Source: Candidatus Binatia bacterium
Lineage (GTDB): Bacteria; Desulfobacterota; Binatia; DP-6
Reading direction: 5' to 3'
Assembly: GCA_036009625.1 (NCBI GenBank)
Contig: DASYLJ010000101.1
Coordinates: forward strand, 1,483 to 65,482
DNA: 64,000 bases
A model generated the notes under the pieces. That model did not search any database. It had not been told where the DNA came from and saw only the letters and a list, made by a program, of their open reading frames with translations. A program made the translations under genes and the position numbers. Below, one piece after another: positions 49,431 through 57,796 of the stretch (positions within the stretch are counted from its first letter, which is position 1; the number at the start of each line of letters is the position of its first letter).

Positions 49431-49481
49431 GGCGTTCCTGTCTAGGTCCGGCGTGCGGGAGCTGTCAATTCCGCGTCTGCC

Positions 49482-49509
49482 TCAAGAACGGTCAGCGGAC
49501 GGCCGATAA
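49482..49509 (+). promoter_or_regulatory. candidate sigma28 (FliA)-type promoter upstream of motA
   Basis: TCAAGAAC-N12-GCCGATAA compares with the enterobacterial consensus TAAAGTTT-N11-GCCGATAA. The -10 box matches 8/8 at 49502-49509. Only 12 nt separate it from the motA ATG. Confidence 0.35.
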
Positions 49510-49521
49510 CCCGACGGAATC

Positions 49522-50391
49522 ATGTTCACTCTCATCGGCCTGCTCGTGGTCTTCGGATGCGTCATCGGTGGGTTCGTCATGGTGGGCGGGCCCTTGCACG
49601 TGCTCATCCAGCCGGCCGAGCTGGTGGTCATCGGCGGCGCATCCCTGGGCACGCTGATCGCCGGAGCCCCGGGCAAGATGCGCGGACGCCTCTTCGCGAC
49701 GTTCGGCAAGGCGTTCAAGAACTCGGCCCCCACCAAGGAAGCCTACGTCGACCTCCTGAAGCTGCAGTACGAGGTCTTCACGTTCATGCGGAAGAACGGG
49801 GCCGTCGCCCTCGACGAGCACGTCACCGACATCGAGAAGAGCTCCATCTTCAAGAAGTATCCGACGTTCCTGGCGCGCCATCACGACGTCGAGTTCTTCC
49901 GCGACGCGCTGAAGCAGATCGTCAACGGCACCGCCTCGGCGGACGAGCTCGACATCCTGCTCGACAACGAGCTCGAGACGCATCACGAGGAGTCGGCGAT
50001 TCCGATCGGCCTGCTCAAGACCACCGGCGACGCCCTGCCCGGCCTCGGCATCGTCGCCGCCGTGCTCGGCATCATCGTCACGATGGGCCATCTCGACGCC
50101 GGTCCCGAGGAGATCGGGCATCATGTCGCGGCCGCGCTCGTGGGTACCTTCCTCGGCATTCTGCTCTGCTACGGCGTCATGCACCCGATCGCGAACAGCG
50201 CCGAGCTGCAGGAGATCTCGAACGGCAAGTACATGAAGTGCATCAAGGAGGGCGTCGTCGCCTCGCTGCGCGGCGCCGCCCCCATCGTGGCGATCGAGTT
50301 CGCCCGCAAGGCCATCTTCTCCGACGAGCGTCCCACCAGCGAAGAGACCGATGCGGCCTGCCGAGCCGTGAAGGCGGCGGGCGGCGCCTGA
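49522..50391 (+). CDS. motA: flagellar stator protein MotA (MotA/TolQ/ExbB channel family)
   Basis: Collinear with E. coli MotA by eye: MFTLIGLLVVFGCVIGGFVMVGG.L..L.QPAELV.IGGA..G..., ...GDALPGLGIVAAVLGII..., ...AAALVGTFLGILLCYG..., ...PIVAIEFARKAIFSDERP. Confidence 0.9.
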   Translation: MFTLIGLLVVFGCVIGGFVMVGGPLHVLIQPAELVVIGGASLGTLIAGAPGKMRGRLFATFGKAFKNSAPTKEAYVDLLKLQYEVFTFMRKNGAVALDEHVTDIEKSSIFKKYPTFLARHHDVEFFRDALKQIVNGTASADELDILLDNELETHHEESAIPIGLLKTTGDALPGLGIVAAVLGIIVTMGHLDAGPEEIGHHVAAALVGTFLGILLCYGVMHPIANSAELQEISNGKYMKCIKEGVVASLRGAAPIVAIEFARKAIFSDERPTSEETDAACRAVKAAGGA

Positions 50392-51260
50392 TGGGCGACG
50401 AACCGCGCGTCCGCATCATCAAGAAGAAGGGTGGTCACGCCGCGCACCACGGCGGCGCCTGGAAGGTGGCCTACGCCGACTTCGTGACCGCCATGATGGC
50501 GCTCTTCATGGTGCTGTGGCTGCTGACGCAGGCGGACCTCAAGCTGCGCCAGAACATCGCGCAGTACTTCCGCAGCCCCGGCGTCCTCCAGGGCGGCGCC
50601 GTCATCACCGAGGAGCACAACGAGGCCAAGAGCCGCGAGCCCAAGGTCGTGAGTCTCGAGGTCACCATCATCCAGGGTGACGCCGAGGAGCAGCTGCTGC
50701 AGAACCAGGCCAAGGAGGTCGAGGAGGCCATCAAGCGCGGTGCCGAGGAGGACCCGGCGCTGGCCGAGCTGAAGGAACAGGTCATCGTCCAGGTGACCGA
50801 CGCCGGCCTGTCCATCCAGGTGGTGGACAAGAGCAAGCTCATGCTCTTCGACCTGTCGTCCTCTGATCTGAAGCCGCAGGTGGTGGAGCTGCTGAAGCGC
50901 GTCGGCGGCATCCTCGGTCACATGCCGAACCCGATCATGGTGGGCGGTCACACCGACAGCCGTCCCTACCCGCCGCAGACCGTGATGACGAACTGGGAGC
51001 TGGCGTTCCGTCGTGCCGACAACGCCCGCCGCATCCTCGAGTCGAACGGGCTGCGCCCCGGGCAGGTGAAGCAGGTGCTGTCGTTCGCCGACAGCCAGCC
51101 GATCGTGATGGACAATCCGCTCGCCGACGAGAATCGCCGCCTGTCGATCCTGGCGCAGCGTCAGGCGCCGCCGCCGCCGGTCCCCGGTACGCCCAACGAC
51201 GAGCCACCGCCCATCATCCTGCCGCCCGACCCGATCCCGGGTCATCCGCCGGCCGTGTAG
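50391..51260 (+). CDS. motB: flagellar stator protein MotB (OmpA-like C-terminal domain)
   Basis: Tail of ORF 49557..51260 from ATG 50391: ...HHGGAWKVAYADFVTAMMALFMVLWLL (plug/TM with conserved Asp), ...VGGHTDSRPY...NWELAFRRADNARRIL... OmpA-like. 1-nt stop/start overlap with motA. Confidence 0.85.
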   Translation: MGDEPRVRIIKKKGGHAAHHGGAWKVAYADFVTAMMALFMVLWLLTQADLKLRQNIAQYFRSPGVLQGGAVITEEHNEAKSREPKVVSLEVTIIQGDAEEQLLQNQAKEVEEAIKRGAEEDPALAELKEQVIVQVTDAGLSIQVVDKSKLMLFDLSSSDLKPQVVELLKRVGGILGHMPNPIMVGGHTDSRPYPPQTVMTNWELAFRRADNARRILESNGLRPGQVKQVLSFADSQPIVMDNPLADENRRLSILAQRQAPPPPVPGTPNDEPPPIILPPDPIPGHPPAV

Positions 51261-51298
51261 GCGTTCCCCTCCCGTTGCTGGGCGGCTAGGATCGCCGT

Positions 51299-53632
51299 GT
51301 GCGTCCCCGTGATCTGGAAACGCTCGAGCTGCCCCGCGTGCTCGAGGCCATCGCCGGCTTCGCGCGATCCGAGTCGGGTCGCGACGCCGTGCATGCGTTG
51401 CGACCGACGACCGATCGCGCCGTCGCCGACGACCGGCTCGACGTCGCCGCCGAGCTGCTGGCGCTGACCGCCGAAGCCGGCGCGATGCCCACCGCCGATG
51501 TACCGCGGCTCGGGCCCGCGTTGACGCAGGCCGCTCCGGTGGGTGCTGCCCTCGAGGGACGCTGGCTGATGGAGGTGCGCGATCTCCTCGTCGTCGCCCG
51601 GCACGTGCGCACCTGGCTGCGACGCGACCCCGATCGCCTGCCTCGGCTCGCGACCCTCGCCGACGGCCTGCCCGAGGTGCCCGAGCTGGAGGAGGCGCTG
51701 CTCTCGACGCTCGACGACAGCGGCCAGGTCCGCGAGGACGCGAGCCCGGCCCTCGCCGCCGCCCGTCGCGCCACCCGCGAGCTGCGCACCCGTCTCGAAG
51801 CCGACCTGATGACCGTCGTCCGCGACCCGCAGCACGAAGGCATCATGGGCGACCAGTACGTCACGGTGCGCAACGGTCGCTACGTGGTCCCGATCCGCAC
51901 TGCGGCGGCGTGGACGTTCAACGGCGTCGTGCAGGACCGCTCGGCGTCCGACGAGACCGTCTTCGTCGAGCCGCTGTTCGCGATCGAGCAGAACAACCGG
52001 CTGCTGCTGGCGTCGAAAACGGAAGAGGCGGAGGAGCGGCGCGTGCGTGCCGAGCTCACTGCCGCCGTCCGCACCCATACCGAGCCGCTGCGCGCGCTCG
52101 AGGAGGCACTCGCCGAAGCCGACGCGCTCGCCGCCGTCGCTGCCTTCGCGCATCGGCATGCCTGCACGCGCCCAGTGCTCGGCACCGACGACGTCGTGCT
52201 GCCGGCGGCGCGCCATCCGCTGCTGGTACTGAGCGGACGCGAGGTGACGCCCGTCGACATCCGGCTGCGCGCCGGACAGCGCGGGCTCGCCATCACGGGG
52301 CCCAACGCCGGCGGCAAGACGGTGACGCTCAAGACCTTGGGGCTCATGGCCTTGATGGCCCAGGCCGGCATCTTCATCCCTGCCGGCGAGGGCAGCCGCC
52401 TGCCCTGCTTCACCGCCATCCTGGCCGACATCGGCGACGAGCAGTCGATCGAGCGCGACCTCTCGACGTTCACCGGCCACGCCGAGAACCTCGGTCGCAT
52501 CGCCAATGCCGTCACCCCCGGCAGCCTCGTCCTGCTCGACGAGCCGGGCGCCGGCACCGATCCGGTGGAGGGTGCGGCGCTCGCCACCGGCGTGCTCGCC
52601 GATCTCCTGGCGCGCGGACCGATCATCGTCTTCACGACGCACTTTCCGCAGGTGAAGACGTTCTCCCTCGCCGAGCCCGAGCTCGAGGTGGCGGCGTTCG
52701 ACGTCGATCCCGTGAGCGGCGCGCCGCGCTATCGGCTCGACTACCACACCATCGGCCAGAGCTTCGCGCTGCCGATCGCGCGCCGTCACGGCATTCCGGC
52801 GCGCGCGCTCGAGACCGCGGAGCGACTGCTCGCCGGCGAGAGCCAGGACCTGTCACGCGCGATCGCACGGCTCGAGACCAGCCGTCGCGAGCTCGAGACC
52901 GCCCGCGAGGCCGCCGAGACCGAGGCTGCCCGCCTCGCCGCGGAGCGGGCCACCGTCGAAACGCTGGCCGACGACCTGCGCCAGCGCCGCCGCCAGCGCT
53001 GGGCCGACGATCTCGAGGCGTCGCGTCGTTTCGTCCGCGACCTCGAGACCCAGGGTCGCGCCGTGCTCGACGAGCTACGCCGCACCCCCGACCCGACCGC
53101 GCTGCGCCGATTCGTCACCGAGGCGAAGGAGGGCATCGCCGCACACACGGCGGATGCCGCCCCCGACGCGCCCCCTCCCGGCAGACCACCCCGCGTCGGC
53201 GACACGGTCGAAGTCACGGGCCGCGGCATTCGCGGCGAGCTCCTGGAGCTGACCGGCGACCGCGCCCGTCTGCAACGCGGCGGCTTGAAGTTCGAAGTCC
53301 CGTCCAACCAGCTCCGCGTGGTGACCGGCGCCCCCACGACGAAAGAGCGTACGACCGGCCATCAGGTGACCTCGGCAGAGTCCGACAGTTCGGCCATCGA
53401 GCTCAACGTCATCGGCCAACGCGCCCGCGACGCCGTTGCCGCCCTCGGCCCCTTCCTCGACCGCGCCATCCGCACCGGCGCCAGCGAAGTACGAGTCGTG
53501 CACGGCCTCGGCAGCGGCGCCCTACGCCGCGCCGTCCAAGACTTCCTCGCCTCGAGCCCCTACTGCGCCAAATACCGCGACGCCGACCCCCAGAACGGCG
53601 GCGCCGCCGTCACCGTCGCCGAGCTGAACTGA
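51299..53632 (+). CDS. mutS2: endonuclease MutS2 (MutS domain V ATPase plus Smr)
   Basis: ...ITGPNAGGKTVTLKTLGL... Walker A, ...LVLLDEPGAGTDP..., a long coiled coil, and the C-terminal Smr domain (...ELNVIGQRARDAV...VRVVHGLGSGALRRAVQDFL...). GTG start. Confidence 0.9.
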   Translation: MRPRDLETLELPRVLEAIAGFARSESGRDAVHALRPTTDRAVADDRLDVAAELLALTAEAGAMPTADVPRLGPALTQAAPVGAALEGRWLMEVRDLLVVARHVRTWLRRDPDRLPRLATLADGLPEVPELEEALLSTLDDSGQVREDASPALAAARRATRELRTRLEADLMTVVRDPQHEGIMGDQYVTVRNGRYVVPIRTAAAWTFNGVVQDRSASDETVFVEPLFAIEQNNRLLLASKTEEAEERRVRAELTAAVRTHTEPLRALEEALAEADALAAVAAFAHRHACTRPVLGTDDVVLPAARHPLLVLSGREVTPVDIRLRAGQRGLAITGPNAGGKTVTLKTLGLMALMAQAGIFIPAGEGSRLPCFTAILADIGDEQSIERDLSTFTGHAENLGRIANAVTPGSLVLLDEPGAGTDPVEGAALATGVLADLLARGPIIVFTTHFPQVKTFSLAEPELEVAAFDVDPVSGAPRYRLDYHTIGQSFALPIARRHGIPARALETAERLLAGESQDLSRAIARLETSRRELETAREAAETEAARLAAERATVETLADDLRQRRRQRWADDLEASRRFVRDLETQGRAVLDELRRTPDPTALRRFVTEAKEGIAAHTADAAPDAPPPGRPPRVGDTVEVTGRGIRGELLELTGDRARLQRGGLKFEVPSNQLRVVTGAPTTKERTTGHQVTSAESDSSAIELNVIGQRARDAVAALGPFLDRAIRTGASEVRVVHGLGSGALRRAVQDFLASSPYCAKYRDADPQNGGAAVTVAELN

Positions 53633-53658
53633 ACCGATCATCACGCGAGACCCCGTCC

Positions 53659-53793
53659 CGGGTGGGTGGTTGGGGCGCGGAGGCGCGGCGAGCGAGCAGC
53701 GTCAGGAGCACGCGGGAGGAGGGAGTGGGGGGCGTGGTGCCGTGCGAGTGCCGCGCGCAGCCGCCACGTCTCCGCGCCCCAACCACCCACCCG
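53659..53793 (+). repeat. palindromic G-rich intergenic element, copy B (24-bp perfect terminal inverted repeats)
   Basis: CGGGTGGGTGGTTGGGGCGCGGAG (53659-53682) is the exact reverse complement of 53770-53793. The ~87-nt core shares CGAGCGAGC, GCACGCG, GGTGCCGTGCGA and GCCGCGCGCAGCCG blocks with copy A (32064-32204). Confidence 0.7.
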
Positions 53794-53800
53794 CGACAAA

Positions 53801-54973
53801 CTACAGGACGAGCAGCTTGGTGACGTGCTCGAACACCCCCGCCGAGCTGTCGATCTCCACGGCGCACGCCCCGATCGCCCCCGGCGGCACCGCGACGGTG
53901 ATCTCCCCCGCGAGCTGCGTGAGGATCGGCGTAGTGATCCCGCAGATGCGCACCGCCGTCCCCGCGTTCAGGTCGCACTGACTCGTCAGCGTGACGATGT
54001 CCCCGACGTGTGCCGACGTCGGCGCGAAGGCGTCGAAGCAGGTGCACGCCATGCCGGCGAGGCCGCAGCACTCGCCCAGGTTGTTCAGGTCGGCGAGCAC
54101 GACGTCACCGATGAACTGCCCCGTGAGCACGTTGCCGTGCCCGAGACGGATCAACGCCTCCGGTGCGCACACCCTCGCCGCGACGCTGCTCTTGCGGCCG
54201 AACGAGATCGTACCGGTGCCCTTCTGCTGGATGACGAATCCATCGCACCCCATGCCGACGGCGCTGCCGTTGTTGACGCGGAAGAAGCCGGGGTCGGGGA
54301 TCGTGAGCGTCACGCCCGTACCCAGGACGAGCACGTTGCGACCGCCGTGGAACGAGCACACCGCGTAGCTGCCGGGCGCGAACGAGATGCGGGCCGCGTT
54401 CTGTGCGGTGATGGCGCCGTAGGTGCCGGGCGCCAGGTCGCACTGGCCGTTGCCGAGCTGGGTATCGAACGCACTGCAGTCGAGGCCCGGCAGCGCCAGC
54501 ACCGGCTTCGTCGCGTCGCAGGCGGGGAACGGATTCGGGAATCCGCACGCCTCCTCGACCTTGGCGATGTCGGGCACGCAGTCCGCGCTGCACGTGTCCG
54601 GAATGATCGGCGTCGTGAACGGCTCGGGCGGCGGCTGCGCGATGGTGACGTTGTCGAGCGGGCCACCACCGTTGCGGAAGACCTGGAACACCTGCGCGCC
54701 GGGCTTGGTGAAGAACTGCTTGTCCGCCACCGATTGCGTGCCGGGACCGAACGACACCTCGTCGAGCCGCATGCTGCCGCACACGGCGCCAGCGATCGGC
54801 GACGCGCAGTTCACACCGACGTTGCATGCGCCGCTCAACGACAGGTTCTTCAGCGCCGCCTTCCGCAGCGCCAGGACGAAGTACGAGCTCAGGTCGCGAT
54901 CGAGCGGCTGCGCCGAAGCGGGCAGCGCCGCGAGCACGAGGGCGAGAACGACGAATCGAGTGACGTATCGCAT
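53801..54973 (-). CDS. secreted Cys-rich protein with C-terminal IPT/TIG-like domain, paralog 1 (most divergent)
   Basis: Signal peptide MRYVTRFVVLALVLAALPASA|QPL, 19 Cys alignable with the other three paralogs, and motifs ACNVGVNC, CGFPNPFPAC, GNGQCDLAPGTYG, VCAPE, GECC. SD GGAGGG lies 7 nt before the ATG and overlaps the paralog-2 stop. Confidence 0.8.
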   Translation of the reverse strand: MRYVTRFVVLALVLAALPASAQPLDRDLSSYFVLALRKAALKNLSLSGACNVGVNCASPIAGAVCGSMRLDEVSFGPGTQSVADKQFFTKPGAQVFQVFRNGGGPLDNVTIAQPPPEPFTTPIIPDTCSADCVPDIAKVEEACGFPNPFPACDATKPVLALPGLDCSAFDTQLGNGQCDLAPGTYGAITAQNAARISFAPGSYAVCSFHGGRNVLVLGTGVTLTIPDPGFFRVNNGSAVGMGCDGFVIQQKGTGTISFGRKSSVAARVCAPEALIRLGHGNVLTGQFIGDVVLADLNNLGECCGLAGMACTCFDAFAPTSAHVGDIVTLTSQCDLNAGTAVRICGITTPILTQLAGEITVAVPPGAIGACAVEIDSSAGVFEHVTKLLVL

Positions 54974-54986
54974 CTTCCCGCCCTCC

Positions 54987-56225
54987 TTAGTTGACCGTGA
55001 GCGTGGCCAGCGCCGAGTAGGTGCCGGCCGTGCTGTTGGCTTCGATGACGCAGGCGCCGGCAGCGCCCGCGGGTACGGTCACGTGGATCTCGCCGGGCGT
55101 CTGGACGGTGATCGGCGCCGCGATGCCGCAGATGGTGATGCTGGTGACCAGCGTCAGGTCGCACGCACCGATGAGCGTGATGGTGTCGCCGACGACCGCG
55201 GTCGCGGGTGAGAACGAGTCGAAGCAGGTGCAGAGGCCGCCGCTCGGCGCGCAGCAATGGCCGCGGTTGCTCGAGTCGGCCTGCACGATGTCGCCGATGA
55301 ACTGGCCCGTCAGGTCGTTGTTGTGGCCGACGAACATGCGGCGCTCGGGAGCGCAGAAGCGGCCGAGGATGGTGGCGTTGCGGCCGAACGAGAAGTCGCC
55401 GGGGCCCTTCACGTGCACCCGCACGTCGTTGCAGCCTTGGCCGAAGGTCGAGTCGTTGTTGATGCTGAAGTCGCCGCTGACGTCCCACACCGCCGGCGCG
55501 TTCGCCGTCGTCGTCGTGCTGCGACCGAACGACACGCCGCAGAAGACGTAGTTGCCGCCGACGAGCGTCAGCATGGCGTTGTTCTGCACCTTCAGGTCGC
55601 CGTAGACGCCCGGCGACAGGTCGCAGCGGCTGTTGCCGGGGAGCGCGTCCGGGACACCGATGCAGTCGGAGTTGTCCGGCACCAGGACCGGCACCGCTGG
55701 CGTGCAGGCCGGGAAGGGCACCGGGAAGCCGCACCCGGCCTCGAGGTCGCCGAAGTCGGTGACGCAGCCAGCGTCGCAGCTCGGCGTCCCGTCCATGTCG
55801 AGGTCGGCGAGGATGGGATTCACCAATGGGTCGCTGCCGTCCGGCTTGGAGCCGGGCAGGCGGATGGTGACGTTGCCGGAGCCGTTGAGCTCGTTCGTGA
55901 ACAGCTGCCAGATGCTGGCGCCCGCCTTGTTGAAGCGGGTGACGTCGGCGGCCAGCTGCGAGCCGTCGGCGAAGAAGGAGTCCTCGTTGGTGGCCACGCC
56001 GCAGGCGCTGTTGGCCGTCGGCCGCTTGCAGTTGACGCCGACGTTGCACGCCCCGAGCAGCGTGAAGTTCTTCAGGCCCACGCTCTGCTGCGCGAAGATG
56101 AAGTAGGCGTCGAGATTGGTGGCGAGCGGCGGATTCGCCGCCCGTGCCGGTGGGCCGGACAGAACCGCAACGCAGGCCGCGATCAGACCGAACCGGCCCG
56201 ACCGGAGCAGCATCGAGATGTGCAT
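54987..56225 (-). CDS. secreted Cys-rich protein with C-terminal IPT/TIG-like domain, paralog 2
   Basis: From ATG 56225 (MHISMLLRSGRFGLIAACVAVLSGPPARA|ANPPL). Motifs ACNVGVNC, LADLDMDGTPSC, CGFPVPFPAC, GNSRCDLSPGVYG, FCAPER, VGHNNDLTGQFIGD, RGHCC. SD GGAGGAAGG. Confidence 0.8.
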   Translation of the reverse strand: MHISMLLRSGRFGLIAACVAVLSGPPARAANPPLATNLDAYFIFAQQSVGLKNFTLLGACNVGVNCKRPTANSACGVATNEDSFFADGSQLAADVTRFNKAGASIWQLFTNELNGSGNVTIRLPGSKPDGSDPLVNPILADLDMDGTPSCDAGCVTDFGDLEAGCGFPVPFPACTPAVPVLVPDNSDCIGVPDALPGNSRCDLSPGVYGDLKVQNNAMLTLVGGNYVFCGVSFGRSTTTTANAPAVWDVSGDFSINNDSTFGQGCNDVRVHVKGPGDFSFGRNATILGRFCAPERRMFVGHNNDLTGQFIGDIVQADSSNRGHCCAPSGGLCTCFDSFSPATAVVGDTITLIGACDLTLVTSITICGIAAPITVQTPGEIHVTVPAGAAGACVIEANSTAGTYSALATLTVN

Positions 56226-56359
56226 GTGGCGCCTTCCTCCCTGGTGGGGGACGCCACGTCGGCGCCCCGCGCCGGAGAGCAAGAGCGATGCCGGCCAACT
56301 TCGTCCGCCGGATGGGGAGATGTGGCCGCGTAACCGGGCAGAATTGTGCGGCGCTGGGC

Positions 56360-56402
56360 AAAAATGAGCCCCGGGGAGCGTGGTTGCTCGCTCCCCGGGG
56401 CT
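56360..56402 (-). terminator. rho-independent terminator after paralog 3
   Basis: A 14-bp perfect stem (56367-56380 / 56389-56402) with an 8-nt loop. On the minus strand it is followed by TTTTT (plus-strand AAAAA at 56360-56364). It lies 13 nt downstream of the paralog-3 stop. Confidence 0.65.
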
Positions 56403-56414
56403 GCGCTCGGCGGG

Positions 56415-57635
56415 TCAGCTCACGGTGAGCTTGGTCAGAAGCGTGAACGTTCCGGCCGCGCTGTCCACCTCGACGGGGCACATGCCCGTCGCGCCGACGG
56501 GCACGGTGACCTCGACCTTGTCGATCGACTGGAACGTGATCGGCGCCACGATGCCGCAGATGCGGACGCCGGTGACGTTGGTCAACGAGCAGCCACCGGT
56601 GAGCGTGATGGTCGCTCCGACGGCCGCGGTCGTCGGTGAGAATTCGTCGACGCAGGCACACGAGCCGCCGCAGCAGTGGCCACGATCACTCGAGTCGGCC
56701 GTGATGACGTCGCCCACGAAGCGGCCCGTCAGGTCGTTGTTGTGCCCGAGGCTCATGTTGCGCTCGGGAGCGCAGAAGAAGCCGGTGACGGACATGTTGC
56801 GCCCGAAGCTGACGGAGCCGACTCCGAACGCATTCACCGTGAAGTCACCGCACTCCTCGCCGAATGCGGAGCCGTTGTTGACGGCGAAATCACCGGTCAC
56901 GTTGAGCGTCGTGGCGTTCTTTACGAGCGAGTTGACGTTGCGACCCATCTGCACGTTGCAGAACACGTAGGTGCCGCCGTCGAAGCTGATCGTGGCGCCG
57001 TTCTGCACCGCGAGGTTGCCGTAGGTGCCCGGAGGGAGATCGCACTGTGCATTGCCGGCCTGCGCATCGGGCGCTCCGACGCAGTCGCCGCCGGCCGTCA
57101 CCAGGATCGGCTTGGTGACATCGCAGAGGGGAGCGGGATTGGGCAGGCCGCAGAAGACGCCGACGTCACCGAAGTCCGGCGTGCAGGCGGGGCCGCAGCT
57201 CGGATTCCCGTCACCGTCGAGGTCGCCCAGAATGGGCAGCGTCAGCGGGTTGGTGCCGTTCGGTCCCGGGCCCGGCTGCCGGATCGTCACGTTCGCCGGG
57301 TTGGGCAGCAGGTTCGAGAAGACCTGGAACATGCTGGCGCCGCCCTTGTTGAACTTGGTGACGTCCGCTGCCAGCTGTGAGCCATCGGCGAAGAACGAAT
57401 CCTCCAGCGACGACGAACCGCAGCTGTTGTTCGGGGCAGGGTTTGGACAGTTCACCCCGACGTTGCACGCACTGAGCAGGTCCATGTTCTTCAGGTTCGC
57501 GCTGCGCATCGCGAAGATGAAGTACGACGCGAGATCGGTGCGGAGCGGCTGGGCCCCCGCGGTGGACGCAACGAGCAACAGCGCGGCCAGCGCCGCGCCG
57601 GGGACGAGGCCGCTGGGCCTCCGCATGGTGGACAT
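56415..57635 (-). CDS. secreted Cys-rich protein with C-terminal IPT/TIG-like domain, paralog 3
   Basis: ATG 57635 (MSTMRRPSGLVPGAALAALLLVASTAGA|QPL) is preceded by GGAGGG at 5 nt; the track ORF opens at GTG 57641. It shares the motifs of paralog 4, to which it is closest (roughly two-thirds identity by eye). Confidence 0.8.
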   Translation of the reverse strand: MSTMRRPSGLVPGAALAALLLVASTAGAQPLRTDLASYFIFAMRSANLKNMDLLSACNVGVNCPNPAPNNSCGSSSLEDSFFADGSQLAADVTKFNKGGASMFQVFSNLLPNPANVTIRQPGPGPNGTNPLTLPILGDLDGDGNPSCGPACTPDFGDVGVFCGLPNPAPLCDVTKPILVTAGGDCVGAPDAQAGNAQCDLPPGTYGNLAVQNGATISFDGGTYVFCNVQMGRNVNSLVKNATTLNVTGDFAVNNGSAFGEECGDFTVNAFGVGSVSFGRNMSVTGFFCAPERNMSLGHNNDLTGRFVGDVITADSSDRGHCCGGSCACVDEFSPTTAAVGATITLTGGCSLTNVTGVRICGIVAPITFQSIDKVEVTVPVGATGMCPVEVDSAAGTFTLLTKLTVS

Positions 57636-57796
57636 GAGCACCCTCCTTCAGTTGTTGTGGAGAGTCGCGCCCGGGCGGCAGATCATCGTTGGCCCGGACA
57701 CGACTCCCAGGCATCTGAGACCAGGAGTACCATGCGGTCCGCCGCTGCGAATGCCCCCTAAAACAAGTTTTTTTGAGGCACAGAAAAGCGCCGGGG

